NCBI GenBank assembly: GCA_009787015.1
Contig: WRGU01000051.1
Span: 1 to 62,813 of the forward strand
DNA from: Candidatus Saccharimonadota bacterium
GTDB taxonomy: Bacteria; Patescibacteriota; Saccharimonadia; Saccharimonadales; Saccharimonadaceae
Direction: 5' to 3'
DNA length: 62,813 nucleotides
Positions 44,232 to 53,601 of the stretch are shown here, in pieces. Each line of letters starts with the position of its first letter. The stretch's first letter is position 1. The position numbers were made by a program, and so were the translations under genes. The notes under the pieces were generated by a model, which saw only the letters and a program-made list of their open reading frames with translations, had not been told where the DNA came from and ran no database searches.

Positions 44232-45731
44232 TTATTCCACGACCATTTTCGACATCTGTAAAATCATACCGCTATCAAAAGAATCTAGACTGAACAAATA
44301 TTTTTGGTTTTCCGATAGAACGGCATGTCCGTGACCACTGACGATACTTTCGCGATTCGCACCATCGAATTCGATTATTTGGATTTGGTTATTGTGATTT
44401 AGAACTAAATGACTTTCATCCAACCAAATCGGCGTCGATAAACTGGCGGCTTCGAATGAATAATTTTTGTTAGTGTCCATGTCGTAACTGACAACTTTGT
44501 CATCGTGACCGGCGACAATGAATTGATGTTTGGGGGAAATACTTAACCAGGTGATGCCGCCAGGGCTGCTCAAATAAATCGGTTTGCCTACGCCTTGATT
44601 TAATGGATCGCGGTAAATCGTTACGATTTCTTCGCGCGCGATCGCCAAATAATCTCGATTTTCAAAATGCGCGAGCCGCACGATGGTTGGCGGCAGGGCA
44701 TCGGCTTTTCGCGGTTCGTAATTTTTAATGTCTCGAATTTTATTGCCGTCATAAATACTGATCATTTGGATCGATTCGCCGTCGCGCGACGTGATCGTAA
44801 CAATCGCGACGCGGTTGTCGTAAATGCTGAAACTCTGGACGTTGCTGGCGATTAATTTGTACGTCGAATCATCGGTATTCAGTTCGCGCAATTCCGATCC
44901 GATCAGGGCGATCAACAGATTATTTCGATTACTAAAATGCATTTCGGACGCTAAAATATTGAAATCACGGGTTAGATTTCGTGCTGAATTAGGATTTTCG
45001 CGATCTAATATAACATATTCATTTTTACCGTTGACGAAATGATTTATCAGGATATAGCGCGAATCCTTGCTCCATTCCACAATACTAAATTTTTCAGTGT
45101 CGGCATTTGGCACGGTTGGAACTGTAATTGCTTCGCTCGGGATTTTGATGGTCGAAAAACGCACGTTAACCGGATCGGAAATGTCCGCCAAAATCAGAGG
45201 GAAGGGTATTTTATAATATTGCGCGGTGGTTTGGTTGGGATAAACGGCGCTGTCCTCGTACCGGCTATTATCGGAATTTCTGATCAGTAACCAATGCAAG
45301 TTCGGTGATGCGGAAATTTCCTTAATGTCGATGAAGTTTTTGATGGTTTCGGTGGTGATGTTGTTGGGGATTAATCGTGCATAATTCAACCACAAAACTT
45401 CACCTGGCCGCACTTTGGCGGTTTTTTGCCAAGTGCGATAGCCTTCCTTTGTAAATCTTACAACGCTTTTGCCACTTTCGACATCAATGCGCGTGCGTGT
45501 TGGTGTGGCGGCGGGGATTTTTTCACCGTCAACCTCGACGCTTGCGCCATTCGGAAAACTGTCGAATTGGAGCAACGCGATCTGGGAAACTTTACCGCTC
45601 GCGAAATCAAAACGATAACCCATCGCCCAAAATAAACAAAATATCACCCCTCCAATTACGACTACTGTCATTATAAAATAAATCAGTACTCTTGAAATGA
45701 TCTCTTTGCGTCGGCTTTTTCGATCTCGCAT
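44232..45731 (-). CDS. Membrane-anchored PEGA-domain / beta-propeller-like protein
   Basis: N-terminal TM, FDSFPNGASVEVDG (PEGA), long beta-rich C-terminus. Confidence 0.5.
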   Translation of the reverse strand: MRDRKSRRKEIISRVLIYFIMTVVVIGGVIFCLFWAMGYRFDFASGKVSQIALLQFDSFPNGASVEVDGEKIPAATPTRTRIDVESGKSVVRFTKEGYRTWQKTAKVRPGEVLWLNYARLIPNNITTETIKNFIDIKEISASPNLHWLLIRNSDNSRYEDSAVYPNQTTAQYYKIPFPLILADISDPVNVRFSTIKIPSEAITVPTVPNADTEKFSIVEWSKDSRYILINHFVNGKNEYVILDRENPNSARNLTRDFNILASEMHFSNRNNLLIALIGSELRELNTDDSTYKLIASNVQSFSIYDNRVAIVTITSRDGESIQMISIYDGNKIRDIKNYEPRKADALPPTIVRLAHFENRDYLAIAREEIVTIYRDPLNQGVGKPIYLSSPGGITWLSISPKHQFIVAGHDDKVVSYDMDTNKNYSFEAASLSTPIWLDESHLVLNHNNQIQIIEFDGANRESIVSGHGHAVLSENQKYLFSLDSFDSGMILQMSKMVVE

Positions 45732-45825
45732 AATTACATATAATTATAAGCACAATATTTTGAAAAATCAAGCACTTGCATAATGAATTTGTTTACGCTA
45801 AAATAGAACGCAAGAGGAGGAACTT

Positions 45826-47316
45826 ATGGGAGTAGTAGTAATAAATGGTAAAGGTTATGATTCGCAGACGGGTCTGCCGATGGAACAGACGCTGAGTTTT
45901 GCGGTCGAACGTTCGGTAAAGGAAAAAGTTGCGACGGTCGCATCGAGGAAAAAAACTCGACGCACGTCGAAGCAAGAGCGCCTCGCTGCCGCCGTGGCGC
46001 GCGAATTTGAGGACGATGCCGTCGCCGTTCGCGAAATAGCCATCGAAAGGGGAGAAGTGCGCGAACCAGAAACCACCGTTGCTGCCAGTTGGGTTGAAAG
46101 ATTTTTATCGGGCGAAGAAGCCGAATTCGCACCGGTCGAACTGAAATACGCTACTCCGGAATGGACGCATGAACATGTTATTGGCAAGCAGTTTGAGACC
46201 GTTCGGAAAGTCGAAGTCGCCGCGCCGAGCTGGATTTCGAATTATCTCGATGGTAATGATCCGATTGAAATCGAACCTATTATCGAGGAATTTATCAGCG
46301 ATCCCGAACCTGCACAGCCAGAAGTTCAAGGTTGGATACAGAGTTACCTCGACGGCGAAACTCCAATCGAAGCCGTAGAGGTCGGATTGGGCGATCACAG
46401 GAAATCTGTCGAAATTATGCAAAAATATTCCCGAGATTTTGCACCGACTCGTCTCGAACCGCATTCTATTGGTCGTGCGCCCGAGCGCTCGGAGACCCTC
46501 AACCGTGATTTTGTGAAAAAACCAATTGACACCGAAAAAGTCAATGTAGTGCGCAAACATGCGCAAGTTGCCACGCACCCCGACGTTTTCCGTTTCGATC
46601 GCGCGCCAATCATTCACGAAATTACCGCACCTGATCCGGTGAAATTACCACAATCGGTTGAGGATAAATTATTGAGCGAATATCTGAACGCGCCGTTCCA
46701 GCCAATTGCCCAAAAATCGCCAGTTGTCGAGCAAGCGCCAGCCGCAGTTGAGCAACCGAGTAGCGATGCCATCAAAAACGCCTTGATCAACGAACAAATT
46801 GTCGCGCCGGTCGATTTTAAGAGCCGACGCCGCGCCGAAAAAGAGGCTGACAAGAAGTACGGCAAACGCCGCTTCTTCCGCGCACCGACCATCATTACGG
46901 CGGCGCTAGCAGTCGTGGTTTTGGGCGGATACTTTACCTATATCAACATGCCGGCAATTTCAATCCGCGTTGCCGCGAACCAAGCGGGCATTGATGCCCA
47001 CGTCCCATACACCGCCAACGGCTATTCGATCGACGGACCGGTGGCATACGCCGCGGGTCAGATCCGAATCAACTATAAATCCAACGGCGACGCGGCGGGT
47101 TATTCGGTCGTCCAACAGGAAAGCGATTGGTCGGACAGCGACATCGTCCGTGGTTTAGTGCGTGGTGAAAAATACGATATGATGAACGCCGGCGGCACGA
47201 CCGTTTATGTCTATGGCAATAACGCTTCCTGGATCAAGGGCAACATCCTGTACACCGTCAACGGCAACGAATTATTGGGCAGCGATCAGATCATGAAAAT
47301 CGCCGAAAGTGTGTAG
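45826..47316 (+). CDS. Single-pass membrane protein with triplicated W-x3-L-x-G-E motif and DUF4367-like extracellular domain
   Basis: WVERFLSGEE / WISNYLDGND / WIQSYLDGET; TM IITAALAVVVLGGYF; C-terminus ..WIKGNILYTVNGNELLGSDQIMKIAESV. SD AGGAGG. Confidence 0.5.
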   Translation: MGVVVINGKGYDSQTGLPMEQTLSFAVERSVKEKVATVASRKKTRRTSKQERLAAAVAREFEDDAVAVREIAIERGEVREPETTVAASWVERFLSGEEAEFAPVELKYATPEWTHEHVIGKQFETVRKVEVAAPSWISNYLDGNDPIEIEPIIEEFISDPEPAQPEVQGWIQSYLDGETPIEAVEVGLGDHRKSVEIMQKYSRDFAPTRLEPHSIGRAPERSETLNRDFVKKPIDTEKVNVVRKHAQVATHPDVFRFDRAPIIHEITAPDPVKLPQSVEDKLLSEYLNAPFQPIAQKSPVVEQAPAAVEQPSSDAIKNALINEQIVAPVDFKSRRRAEKEADKKYGKRRFFRAPTIITAALAVVVLGGYFTYINMPAISIRVAANQAGIDAHVPYTANGYSIDGPVAYAAGQIRINYKSNGDAAGYSVVQQESDWSDSDIVRGLVRGEKYDMMNAGGTTVYVYGNNASWIKGNILYTVNGNELLGSDQIMKIAESV

Positions 47317-47334
47317 TTGTGTTATTATATTCCT

Positions 47335-48846
47335 ATGACAAAAGTTAGAACACGTTTTGCGCCGAGTCCGACAGGATTCGCACATATTGGAAATTTGCGA
47401 ACAGCATTGTTTGCGTATTTGACTGCTAAACATTTCGGCGGAGATTTTATTTTACGCCTCGAGGATACGGATAAAAATCGCGAAGTCGACGGGGCGGACG
47501 AATATATTTTAAGTGCAGTTAAAACTCTAGGTTTTATTTACGACGAGGGTCCAGACATCGGCGGAAAATTTGCGCCGTACCGCCAGAGCGAACGTCTCGA
47601 CCACTATAAAAAATGGGCGTTGGTGTTGGTAGACAAGGGTCGCGCATTTGCCGATCCGTACACGCCCGAACAAATCCAAAAATTCCGCGACGAAGCGGCG
47701 GCGAACAAAAAAGCCTTTCGCTATCGCGATTTCCGCCCAACGAATCCGCCGGCCTGGGACGGAACTATGCCGCTGCGTTTCAAATCCGAACCGCGCGATT
47801 ACGCGTGGCGCGACGAAGTTATGGGCGATTTGTCGGCGGGCGCGGACGCGATTGATGATTTTGTTTTGATTAAATCGGACGGTTTTCCAACCTATAATTT
47901 TGCGCACATTATCGATGATTTAGAAATGGAAATCACACATATTATTCGCGGTCAGGAATTTATTTCGTCGACGCCGAATTATTTGAATCTGTACGAAGCG
48001 TTGGAAATCGAACACCCGATTTTTGCCACCATGCCACATATTTTGAACGAAACTGGTAATAAAAAACTCGGCAAACGCGACGGCGCGAAAGATGCCATGG
48101 AATATCTGCGCGACGGTATTTTGGTCGAGGCGCTCGATAATTTCATCGCGTCCTGTGGTTGGAACGACGGCACAGAACAGGAGATTTTTTCGATGGACGA
48201 GTTGATCGAAAAATTCACGCTTGACCGCGTTGGTCGATCAGGTGCGCGTTTCGATCCGAATCGGTTGGTTTGGATGAATGGTCAGTGGATTAAGAGACTG
48301 TCGGTTGGCGAATTGTTTGAACGAACGAATTGCGTTAGCGACGCGAACCGTTCTGGATTGCCGACCTCTTGCTCTGTGAGCGAGGCAAGACAGAACGGTG
48401 AGGAAGAGCGGTCTTTTTGGGGCGAGAATGGTGCGAACACAACTGACAACAAGAAAAAACAAGTTTTGGCAGTAGTGCAAGATCGGCTAAAAACTCTGGC
48501 GGATTTGCCGGCGTTAACCGAATACTTTTTTGCGCGACCTGAGCCGAATTGGGCGATGGTGGATGATAACAAACAATTAAAAAAACTGACGCGCGGAGAA
48601 CAGGTCGAGTTATTGTGCGCTGCGGTGGAAAAATTGGAACATACTGAATGGGATTTTGATAAATTACAGATGAGTTTGAACGAATTATTGGAAATAACTG
48701 AATCAAAACCGCCGATTTTATTCGGGATAATTCGCTTTGCGTTGACCTGGGCGCCGTTTAGCCCAGGGCTGCCGGAAACGATGGTGACGCTCGGGAAAGA
48801 TGAAACCCTGGCGCGGATTAGTACGGCGGTTGAGAGCGCAAAATGA
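47335..48846 (+). CDS. gltX: Glutamyl-tRNA synthetase carrying an in-frame repeat-element insertion
   Basis: RFAPSPTGFAHIGNLRTA (HIGH), KLGKRDG (KMSKS-type). Leaderless: TGT-TATTAT (47323..47328) + 6 nt. Confidence 0.9.
   Translation: MTKVRTRFAPSPTGFAHIGNLRTALFAYLTAKHFGGDFILRLEDTDKNREVDGADEYILSAVKTLGFIYDEGPDIGGKFAPYRQSERLDHYKKWALVLVDKGRAFADPYTPEQIQKFRDEAAANKKAFRYRDFRPTNPPAWDGTMPLRFKSEPRDYAWRDEVMGDLSAGADAIDDFVLIKSDGFPTYNFAHIIDDLEMEITHIIRGQEFISSTPNYLNLYEALEIEHPIFATMPHILNETGNKKLGKRDGAKDAMEYLRDGILVEALDNFIASCGWNDGTEQEIFSMDELIEKFTLDRVGRSGARFDPNRLVWMNGQWIKRLSVGELFERTNCVSDANRSGLPTSCSVSEARQNGEEERSFWGENGANTTDNKKKQVLAVVQDRLKTLADLPALTEYFFARPEPNWAMVDDNKQLKKLTRGEQVELLCAAVEKLEHTEWDFDKLQMSLNELLEITESKPPILFGIIRFALTWAPFSPGLPETMVTLGKDETLARISTAVESAK
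48336..48411 (+). repeat. Family A element (short subtype) inside the gltX CDS
   Basis: TAGCGACGCGAACCGTTCTGGATTGCCGACCTCTTGCTCTGTGAGCGAGGCAAGACAGAACGGTGAGGAAGAGCGG, translated ..SDANRSGLPTSCSVSEARQNGEEERS.. Confidence 0.85.
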
Positions 48847-48886
48847 TAGGTTTTATCTCCCGCTTCATCTATGTTACAATATTCGT

Positions 48887-49963
48887 ATGAAGAAAGTAAC
48901 TTGGTCGGGGAAAGATAAGCAAAAGCGGGGCAGAAGGGTAAAGACCGCAAGCGTTGTGATGGTGGTCACGATATTGATCGGGATTGCGTCGCTATCCGCG
49001 TGGATTTTTTTGCGGCGTGATCCGGCGAAAAATGATAAATCCGGCGATAAAAATACGACGGTTGAACAAAAATTTTATTCACCGCTAACAGGGCGGAGAG
49101 TGGCGAACGAGGAAATTACCCGGCGTCCGGTGGTCGCGGTGATGATCGAAAATTCGTTTGATGCGCGACCACAGTCGGGTTTGGTCGATGCGGGCGTCGT
49201 GTTCGAGGCAATCGCCGAGGGCGGCATTACGCGTTTTGTGGCGCTGTATCAGGAATCCGAACCGGAGTTTATCGGTCCAATCCGTTCGGCGCGTCCTTAT
49301 TATTTGGATTGGGTGGCGGCATTCGATCCGGCAATCATTCATGTCGGCGGCAGCGAGGAGGCTTTGGATATGTTGCGCGGCAACTGGTATGGTTTGAATA
49401 TCGACGAAATCGACGACAGCGTGATTTTTCGCGTCAATGATCGTTATGCGCCGCACGATGCCTATACGAATTTCAAGAAATATTCCGCATATTTGAATAA
49501 GAAAAACAAAACTTCATCAGATTTCGTTGGCTGGGCGCGACAGGACGGAAAGGCTCGGAACGATGTCGACGAATTGTCCGCAAAAAGCATCGACGTCGGT
49601 ATTTCCGTCGGTGGATTTGTGGTGCATTACGATTACGATGTGGCGACCAATAGCTATAAACGCAGTGTCGGCGGCGAACCGCACAACGATCGCGAAAAGG
49701 GTCGAATTTCGCCCGACGTGGTTATTGCATTACGATCAACTTACGGTTTATTGGAGGACGGTTTGCATTCCAAATACCAAACTATCGGTGAAAATGAAGT
49801 TTATATTTTTCAAAATGGCAATGTGATCAAGGGAACTTGGCAAAAAGATGGCGTAAAATCACAAATCAAGTTTTTCGATGAAAGCGGTACAGAAATCAAA
49901 CTAAATCGCGGTCAAGTTTGGATCACGGCGATAGGTCAAAACGAAAGCATTTCATGGAAATAG
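48887..49963 (+). CDS. DUF3048 (YerB-like) secreted/lipoprotein
   Basis: RPVVAVMIENSFDARPQSGL, EGGITRFVALY. Leaderless: TGT-TACAAT (48875..48880) + 6 nt. Confidence 0.7.
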   Translation: MKKVTWSGKDKQKRGRRVKTASVVMVVTILIGIASLSAWIFLRRDPAKNDKSGDKNTTVEQKFYSPLTGRRVANEEITRRPVVAVMIENSFDARPQSGLVDAGVVFEAIAEGGITRFVALYQESEPEFIGPIRSARPYYLDWVAAFDPAIIHVGGSEEALDMLRGNWYGLNIDEIDDSVIFRVNDRYAPHDAYTNFKKYSAYLNKKNKTSSDFVGWARQDGKARNDVDELSAKSIDVGISVGGFVVHYDYDVATNSYKRSVGGEPHNDREKGRISPDVVIALRSTYGLLEDGLHSKYQTIGENEVYIFQNGNVIKGTWQKDGVKSQIKFFDESGTEIKLNRGQVWITAIGQNESISWK

Positions 49964-49986
49964 GGAGCGATTAAACGGGAGGGAAT

Positions 49987-51465
49987 ATGAATCATAAAAT
50001 GATAATCGGCAGTGATTTTTTTCGGAAATGGTTGCATCGTAATTGGCTGATTTTTGCAGCGGTGCAGTTCCTAGTTTTAATTTTGGCGATGGGCATTGCT
50101 TATCTATTGTACTATCTCGTAATTGATGTTGCAATAATTATTGGTGTTAGTGCGGGATTGATAATTTTGTCGGAATTAATCATTGGTTTCATGATCATCG
50201 GTAAATCAATTGGATCAATCATGGCTGTTGCGAGTAAGTTTGATTCGGAGATTGAGTTGTCCGGGATAAAGAATCGCGGCGTTGGCGTTCAATATCTGCT
50301 CGATGCAATTGATGATGCGAAATCGTCTAAACCGGTTGCCATCGATAGCACAGAAGACCACACGGCAGAGAATTTATTGGCGGCATTGCCGGTTGGCGTG
50401 ATTGTGATGAACGAAAATCAGGAAATTATCACGAGCAGCAGTTCAGCACCTGTGTTTATCGAGAATGGTCAGTGTAAAATTCAGTTGAACTTTGATTCGG
50501 TGACTGAATCATTGGATGATTGGCTAAAAAACGCTGTAACCAATGAAATTTCTTCGAAAAAGATTTGGACGCAGATCCCAAATGTGGCGTTCAATACGAC
50601 GATTGAACGACGCATATTTGATGTAATCGCGCATTACAATAAAAAATCGTTGGACGGGTTCGAAACAGTGATTGTTACCGTAGACCGCACGGAAGATTAC
50701 AAAGATTTGGAAAACGACATGGACTTTGTGGCGCTGGCGGCGCATGAATTACGCACACCGATCACGGTAATTCGCGGTTATTTGGATGTGCTTGAACGGC
50801 AGAAGGTCGACACGATGACTGGGCAGGAGCGAAAATCCATCGAACGCATTGCTAATGCCGCTAATAATTTGTCGGGCTATATTACTAACATCTTGAATAT
50901 CAGTCGATACGAACACCAAGATTTGAAGTTAAATGTGGCGGAGGTGTCGGTCGGCGATATTATTACTGGGATTCGCGACAGTGTAGAACTAAATGCGCGC
51001 GCTTTGCGCCGGAATCTGCGTTTTGAAATTACGGAAAATCTGCCAAGTGTAGCGGCGGACGTGTCCTTGATAGGCGAGGTGTTGGCAAATTTGATAGGCA
51101 ACGCCGTTAAATATAGTCCTGTGAACAGCGATATCATTGTACACGTACAACAATCCGATCAAAATTTTGTGGAATTTTCAATTATTGATCATGGTATAGG
51201 AATCGCGGAAAATGCCATGCCAAGTTTATTTAACAAATTTTCACGTCACTATAGGAGTAAAGGTGCAACCCCGGGAACTGGTTTAGGTTTATATATTTCG
51301 CGCGCCATCATAAAAAACCACGGCGGCAATATCAGTGTCGGTTCGGTTGAAGGCGAGGGTTCAACGTTTACGTTTACGATTCCGACTTTTGTGGCATTTA
51401 ATTCTAAAAAATTAGGTCAAAATCATGATTTTGCCATTCAGAGTCATTCGAAAATATACCGGTAA
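49987..51465 (+). CDS. Membrane histidine kinase
   Basis: Two or three N-terminal TM, H-box AAHELRTPITVIRGY, N-box NAVKYS, DHGIGI, GTGLGLYISR. Confidence 0.85.
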   Translation: MNHKMIIGSDFFRKWLHRNWLIFAAVQFLVLILAMGIAYLLYYLVIDVAIIIGVSAGLIILSELIIGFMIIGKSIGSIMAVASKFDSEIELSGIKNRGVGVQYLLDAIDDAKSSKPVAIDSTEDHTAENLLAALPVGVIVMNENQEIITSSSSAPVFIENGQCKIQLNFDSVTESLDDWLKNAVTNEISSKKIWTQIPNVAFNTTIERRIFDVIAHYNKKSLDGFETVIVTVDRTEDYKDLENDMDFVALAAHELRTPITVIRGYLDVLERQKVDTMTGQERKSIERIANAANNLSGYITNILNISRYEHQDLKLNVAEVSVGDIITGIRDSVELNARALRRNLRFEITENLPSVAADVSLIGEVLANLIGNAVKYSPVNSDIIVHVQQSDQNFVEFSIIDHGIGIAENAMPSLFNKFSRHYRSKGATPGTGLGLYISRAIIKNHGGNISVGSVEGEGSTFTFTIPTFVAFNSKKLGQNHDFAIQSHSKIYR

Positions 51466-51564
51466 TTTTTAAATATGTTATAATTATAGCAACGAGAGAA
51501 CAAAAGAAACTTGTTCATTTTGTTCCGAGTGCGACTAATTACAACGTGTGTTATAATTGAATGT

Positions 51565-51966
51565 ATGGAAGATAATTTTTCAGCAGCAAACGGCAAGGTT
51601 TTGGTGATTGAGGACGATATAATCGTCGGTGAATTATACGTAAATAGTCTATCGGATTTAGGGTACGAGGTGACATGGGCGCAGGACGGTGAGGCTGGCT
51701 TAAAGGCGGCGCTCCAACAACAGTATGATGTAATACTGCTGGACATTATAATGCCAGAAAAGGACGGTCGCGCCATATTGAGGGAACTACGTGCTCATGG
51801 CGACAAAGTGCCAAATTCTAAAATCATCGTCTTCACCAATCTGGCCCAAGACGACGGTTCGCGCAGCGAGGTCGAGAAATACGCTGATGATTATTTGATC
51901 AAGGCTGACATTAAACCCAGTCAGTTAATTGCAAAAATCGAACAGCTCTTGTCGAAATCCGCATAA
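51565..51966 (+). CDS. Stand-alone receiver-domain response regulator
   Basis: VLVIEDD, DVILLDIIMPEKDG, IVFTNL, DDYLIKA. -10 TATAAT (51552..51557) lies 7 nt upstream. Confidence 0.8.
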   Translation: MEDNFSAANGKVLVIEDDIIVGELYVNSLSDLGYEVTWAQDGEAGLKAALQQQYDVILLDIIMPEKDGRAILRELRAHGDKVPNSKIIVFTNLAQDDGSRSEVEKYADDYLIKADIKPSQLIAKIEQLLSKSA

Positions 51967-52060
51967 TTTGTTATCATTTTTATATGGTCTTATCTCTACG
52001 AGATCAGACCACTCGGCTCGGAAGTAAAAATGCAAGCATTTTTGTTTCGCTCACCATCAT

Positions 52061-52135
52061 GGTCTCATCGTCTAACGGTTAGGACATCAGGTTCTCATCC
52101 TGACAATTCGGGTTCGATTCCCGGTGAGATCACCA
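52061..52135 (+). tRNA. tRNA-Glu (anticodon CTC)
   Basis: GGTCTCA acceptor, TCGTCTAACGGTTAGGACA D-arm, anticodon loop TTCTCAT, GGTTCGATTCC T-arm, encoded CCA. Confidence 0.85.
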
Positions 52136-52153
52136 GGTTATTTTAAGATAAGG

Positions 52154-53395
52154 GTGGGACAAATTATCGGCAAACTTTTTTCAAAAAAACCAGCAGCGGA
52201 TACCGCAACACAGACTAAAGCGCCTGACGTTCATGCTATGCAGTGCACCGCTGTTCTTGACGGTGTTTCTGACGGTGTCGCGGTTATCAACGAAACTGGC
52301 ATCATCCAAATATTCAACCCGGCGGCGTCGACCACGACCGGTTGGGCGCAAAACGATGCCAAAAATCTCGATTTTCGCAGCATTTTCAAATTTTTTGATA
52401 CCGATGAACATCCAATTACGGACGAACAGAATCCGATCATCATCGCCACGAAAACCGGTTTTCCGGTGGAACGCGACGATTTATTGATCGAAACTGGTTC
52501 GAAAAAACATGTGCAGATTTCGATCAAAGTCACACCGATTTTGGACAAGGGACAAGATCCGCCCGCCAGCCTGGGTGCAACCATTATTTTTCGTAATATC
52601 ACGCTGGAGCAGAAAGAGCGCAACGAACAGGCGGATTTTATCTCGACCGCGTCGCACGAAATGCGCACCCCCGTGGCGATTATCGAGGGTTATCTTGGTA
52701 TGTTGTTGAATCCGGCGACGGCGACCGTTGATGCGCGTGGTTTGGAATACGCAACCAAAGCTCACGAAGCGGCGCAACATCTGGGTCATTTGTTCCAGGA
52801 CCTACTAGATATCACGCGGGTCGACGATCATCGCATTCACACGGAATTCGAATTGGTCGACGCCAGCGTGGTCGCCGAACAGGTGGTCGCGCAATTCGGA
52901 CAGCGCGCGGCGGATAATAACCTGCAACTAACTTATACGAATGCGATTCATGATTCCGATAAAAATACCATTCAACCGGTACATATCATCTATGTCGATC
53001 TGAGCCAACTCAATGAAATCCTGAGTAACATTCTCGATAATGCCATCAAATACACCAAACAGGGCGGCGTGACAGTTTCGGTCGATTCAATTGATGGGCG
53101 TGTGCGTTTTTCAATCCGCGACACGGGCATCGGTATTCCTGCTGAGGACGTGCCACACCTGTTCCAGAAATTTTACCGCGTCGACAATACCGACACACGC
53201 GAAATCGGCGGTACGGGTTTGGGTTTATATCTGATCAAGAAATTAACCGACAATCTCGGCGGGACGGTCGGCGTCGAATCGGATTATGGCAAAGGTTCGC
53301 TATTCTGGGTCGAATTTAACGAACTGACCCGCGACCAAGCCATTCAAAAAGCCCAAGAAATCCAAAATCGCCAAAACCAGCAACCTGGCGCTTGA
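52154..53395 (+). CDS. Cytoplasmic PAS-domain histidine kinase (start uncertain: GTG 52154 or ATG 52238)
   Basis: PAS-like LDGVSDGVAVINETG.., H-box ASHEMRTPVAIIEGY, NAIKYT, DTGIGI, GTGLGLYLIK. The track start at 52124 overlaps tRNA-Glu. Confidence 0.8.
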   Translation: MGQIIGKLFSKKPAADTATQTKAPDVHAMQCTAVLDGVSDGVAVINETGIIQIFNPAASTTTGWAQNDAKNLDFRSIFKFFDTDEHPITDEQNPIIIATKTGFPVERDDLLIETGSKKHVQISIKVTPILDKGQDPPASLGATIIFRNITLEQKERNEQADFISTASHEMRTPVAIIEGYLGMLLNPATATVDARGLEYATKAHEAAQHLGHLFQDLLDITRVDDHRIHTEFELVDASVVAEQVVAQFGQRAADNNLQLTYTNAIHDSDKNTIQPVHIIYVDLSQLNEILSNILDNAIKYTKQGGVTVSVDSIDGRVRFSIRDTGIGIPAEDVPHLFQKFYRVDNTDTREIGGTGLGLYLIKKLTDNLGGTVGVESDYGKGSLFWVEFNELTRDQAIQKAQEIQNRQNQQPGA

Positions 53396-53420
53396 CACGG
53401 TTCCTGGGGGTGGGTATAAT
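53392..53420 (+). promoter_or_regulatory. Perfect-consensus sigma-70 promoter
   Basis: TTGACA (53392..53397, overlapping the kinase stop), exactly 17 nt, TATAAT (53415..53420). Confidence 0.7.
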
Positions 53421-53449
53421 GTTATCTTAAGTAAAATAAGGAGGTCAAA

Positions 53450-53539
53450 ATGATCCAAAAACAAGTTGTATGGCAAGAAGATGAGGAAGCGCAACCCGCG
53501 CCAGCCGAACCCAAAAAAGATTATCCAGTAGGTTGGTAG
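53450..53539 (+). CDS. 29-aa sORF MIQKQVVWQEDEEAQPAPAEPKKDYPVGW
   Basis: AAGGAGGT (53438..53445) 4 nt before the ATG; a perfect promoter upstream. Too short for the ORF track. Confidence 0.5.
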   Translation: MIQKQVVWQEDEEAQPAPAEPKKDYPVGW

Positions 53540-53601
53540 AAACTTACACTTGAATTTTCGGACTAGATCCGTTATAATTTCCTATTGAAAGGATAAGTTT
53601 A

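Noticed and set aside
48282-48950. 222-aa minus-strand ORF and other long antisense ORFs (e.g. 743-1264, 11658-12305, 25830-26309, 46105-46617)
   Set aside because: These are shadow ORFs opposite strongly supported genes. They have no promoter or SD and low-complexity or biased composition.
51986-52010. Fragment resembling the 5' half of tRNA-Glu 50 nt upstream of the real gene (possible integration scar)
   Set aside because: Only about 20 matching positions, needing three gaps. There is no matching 3' half, no integrase and no direct repeat, so it could be chance.
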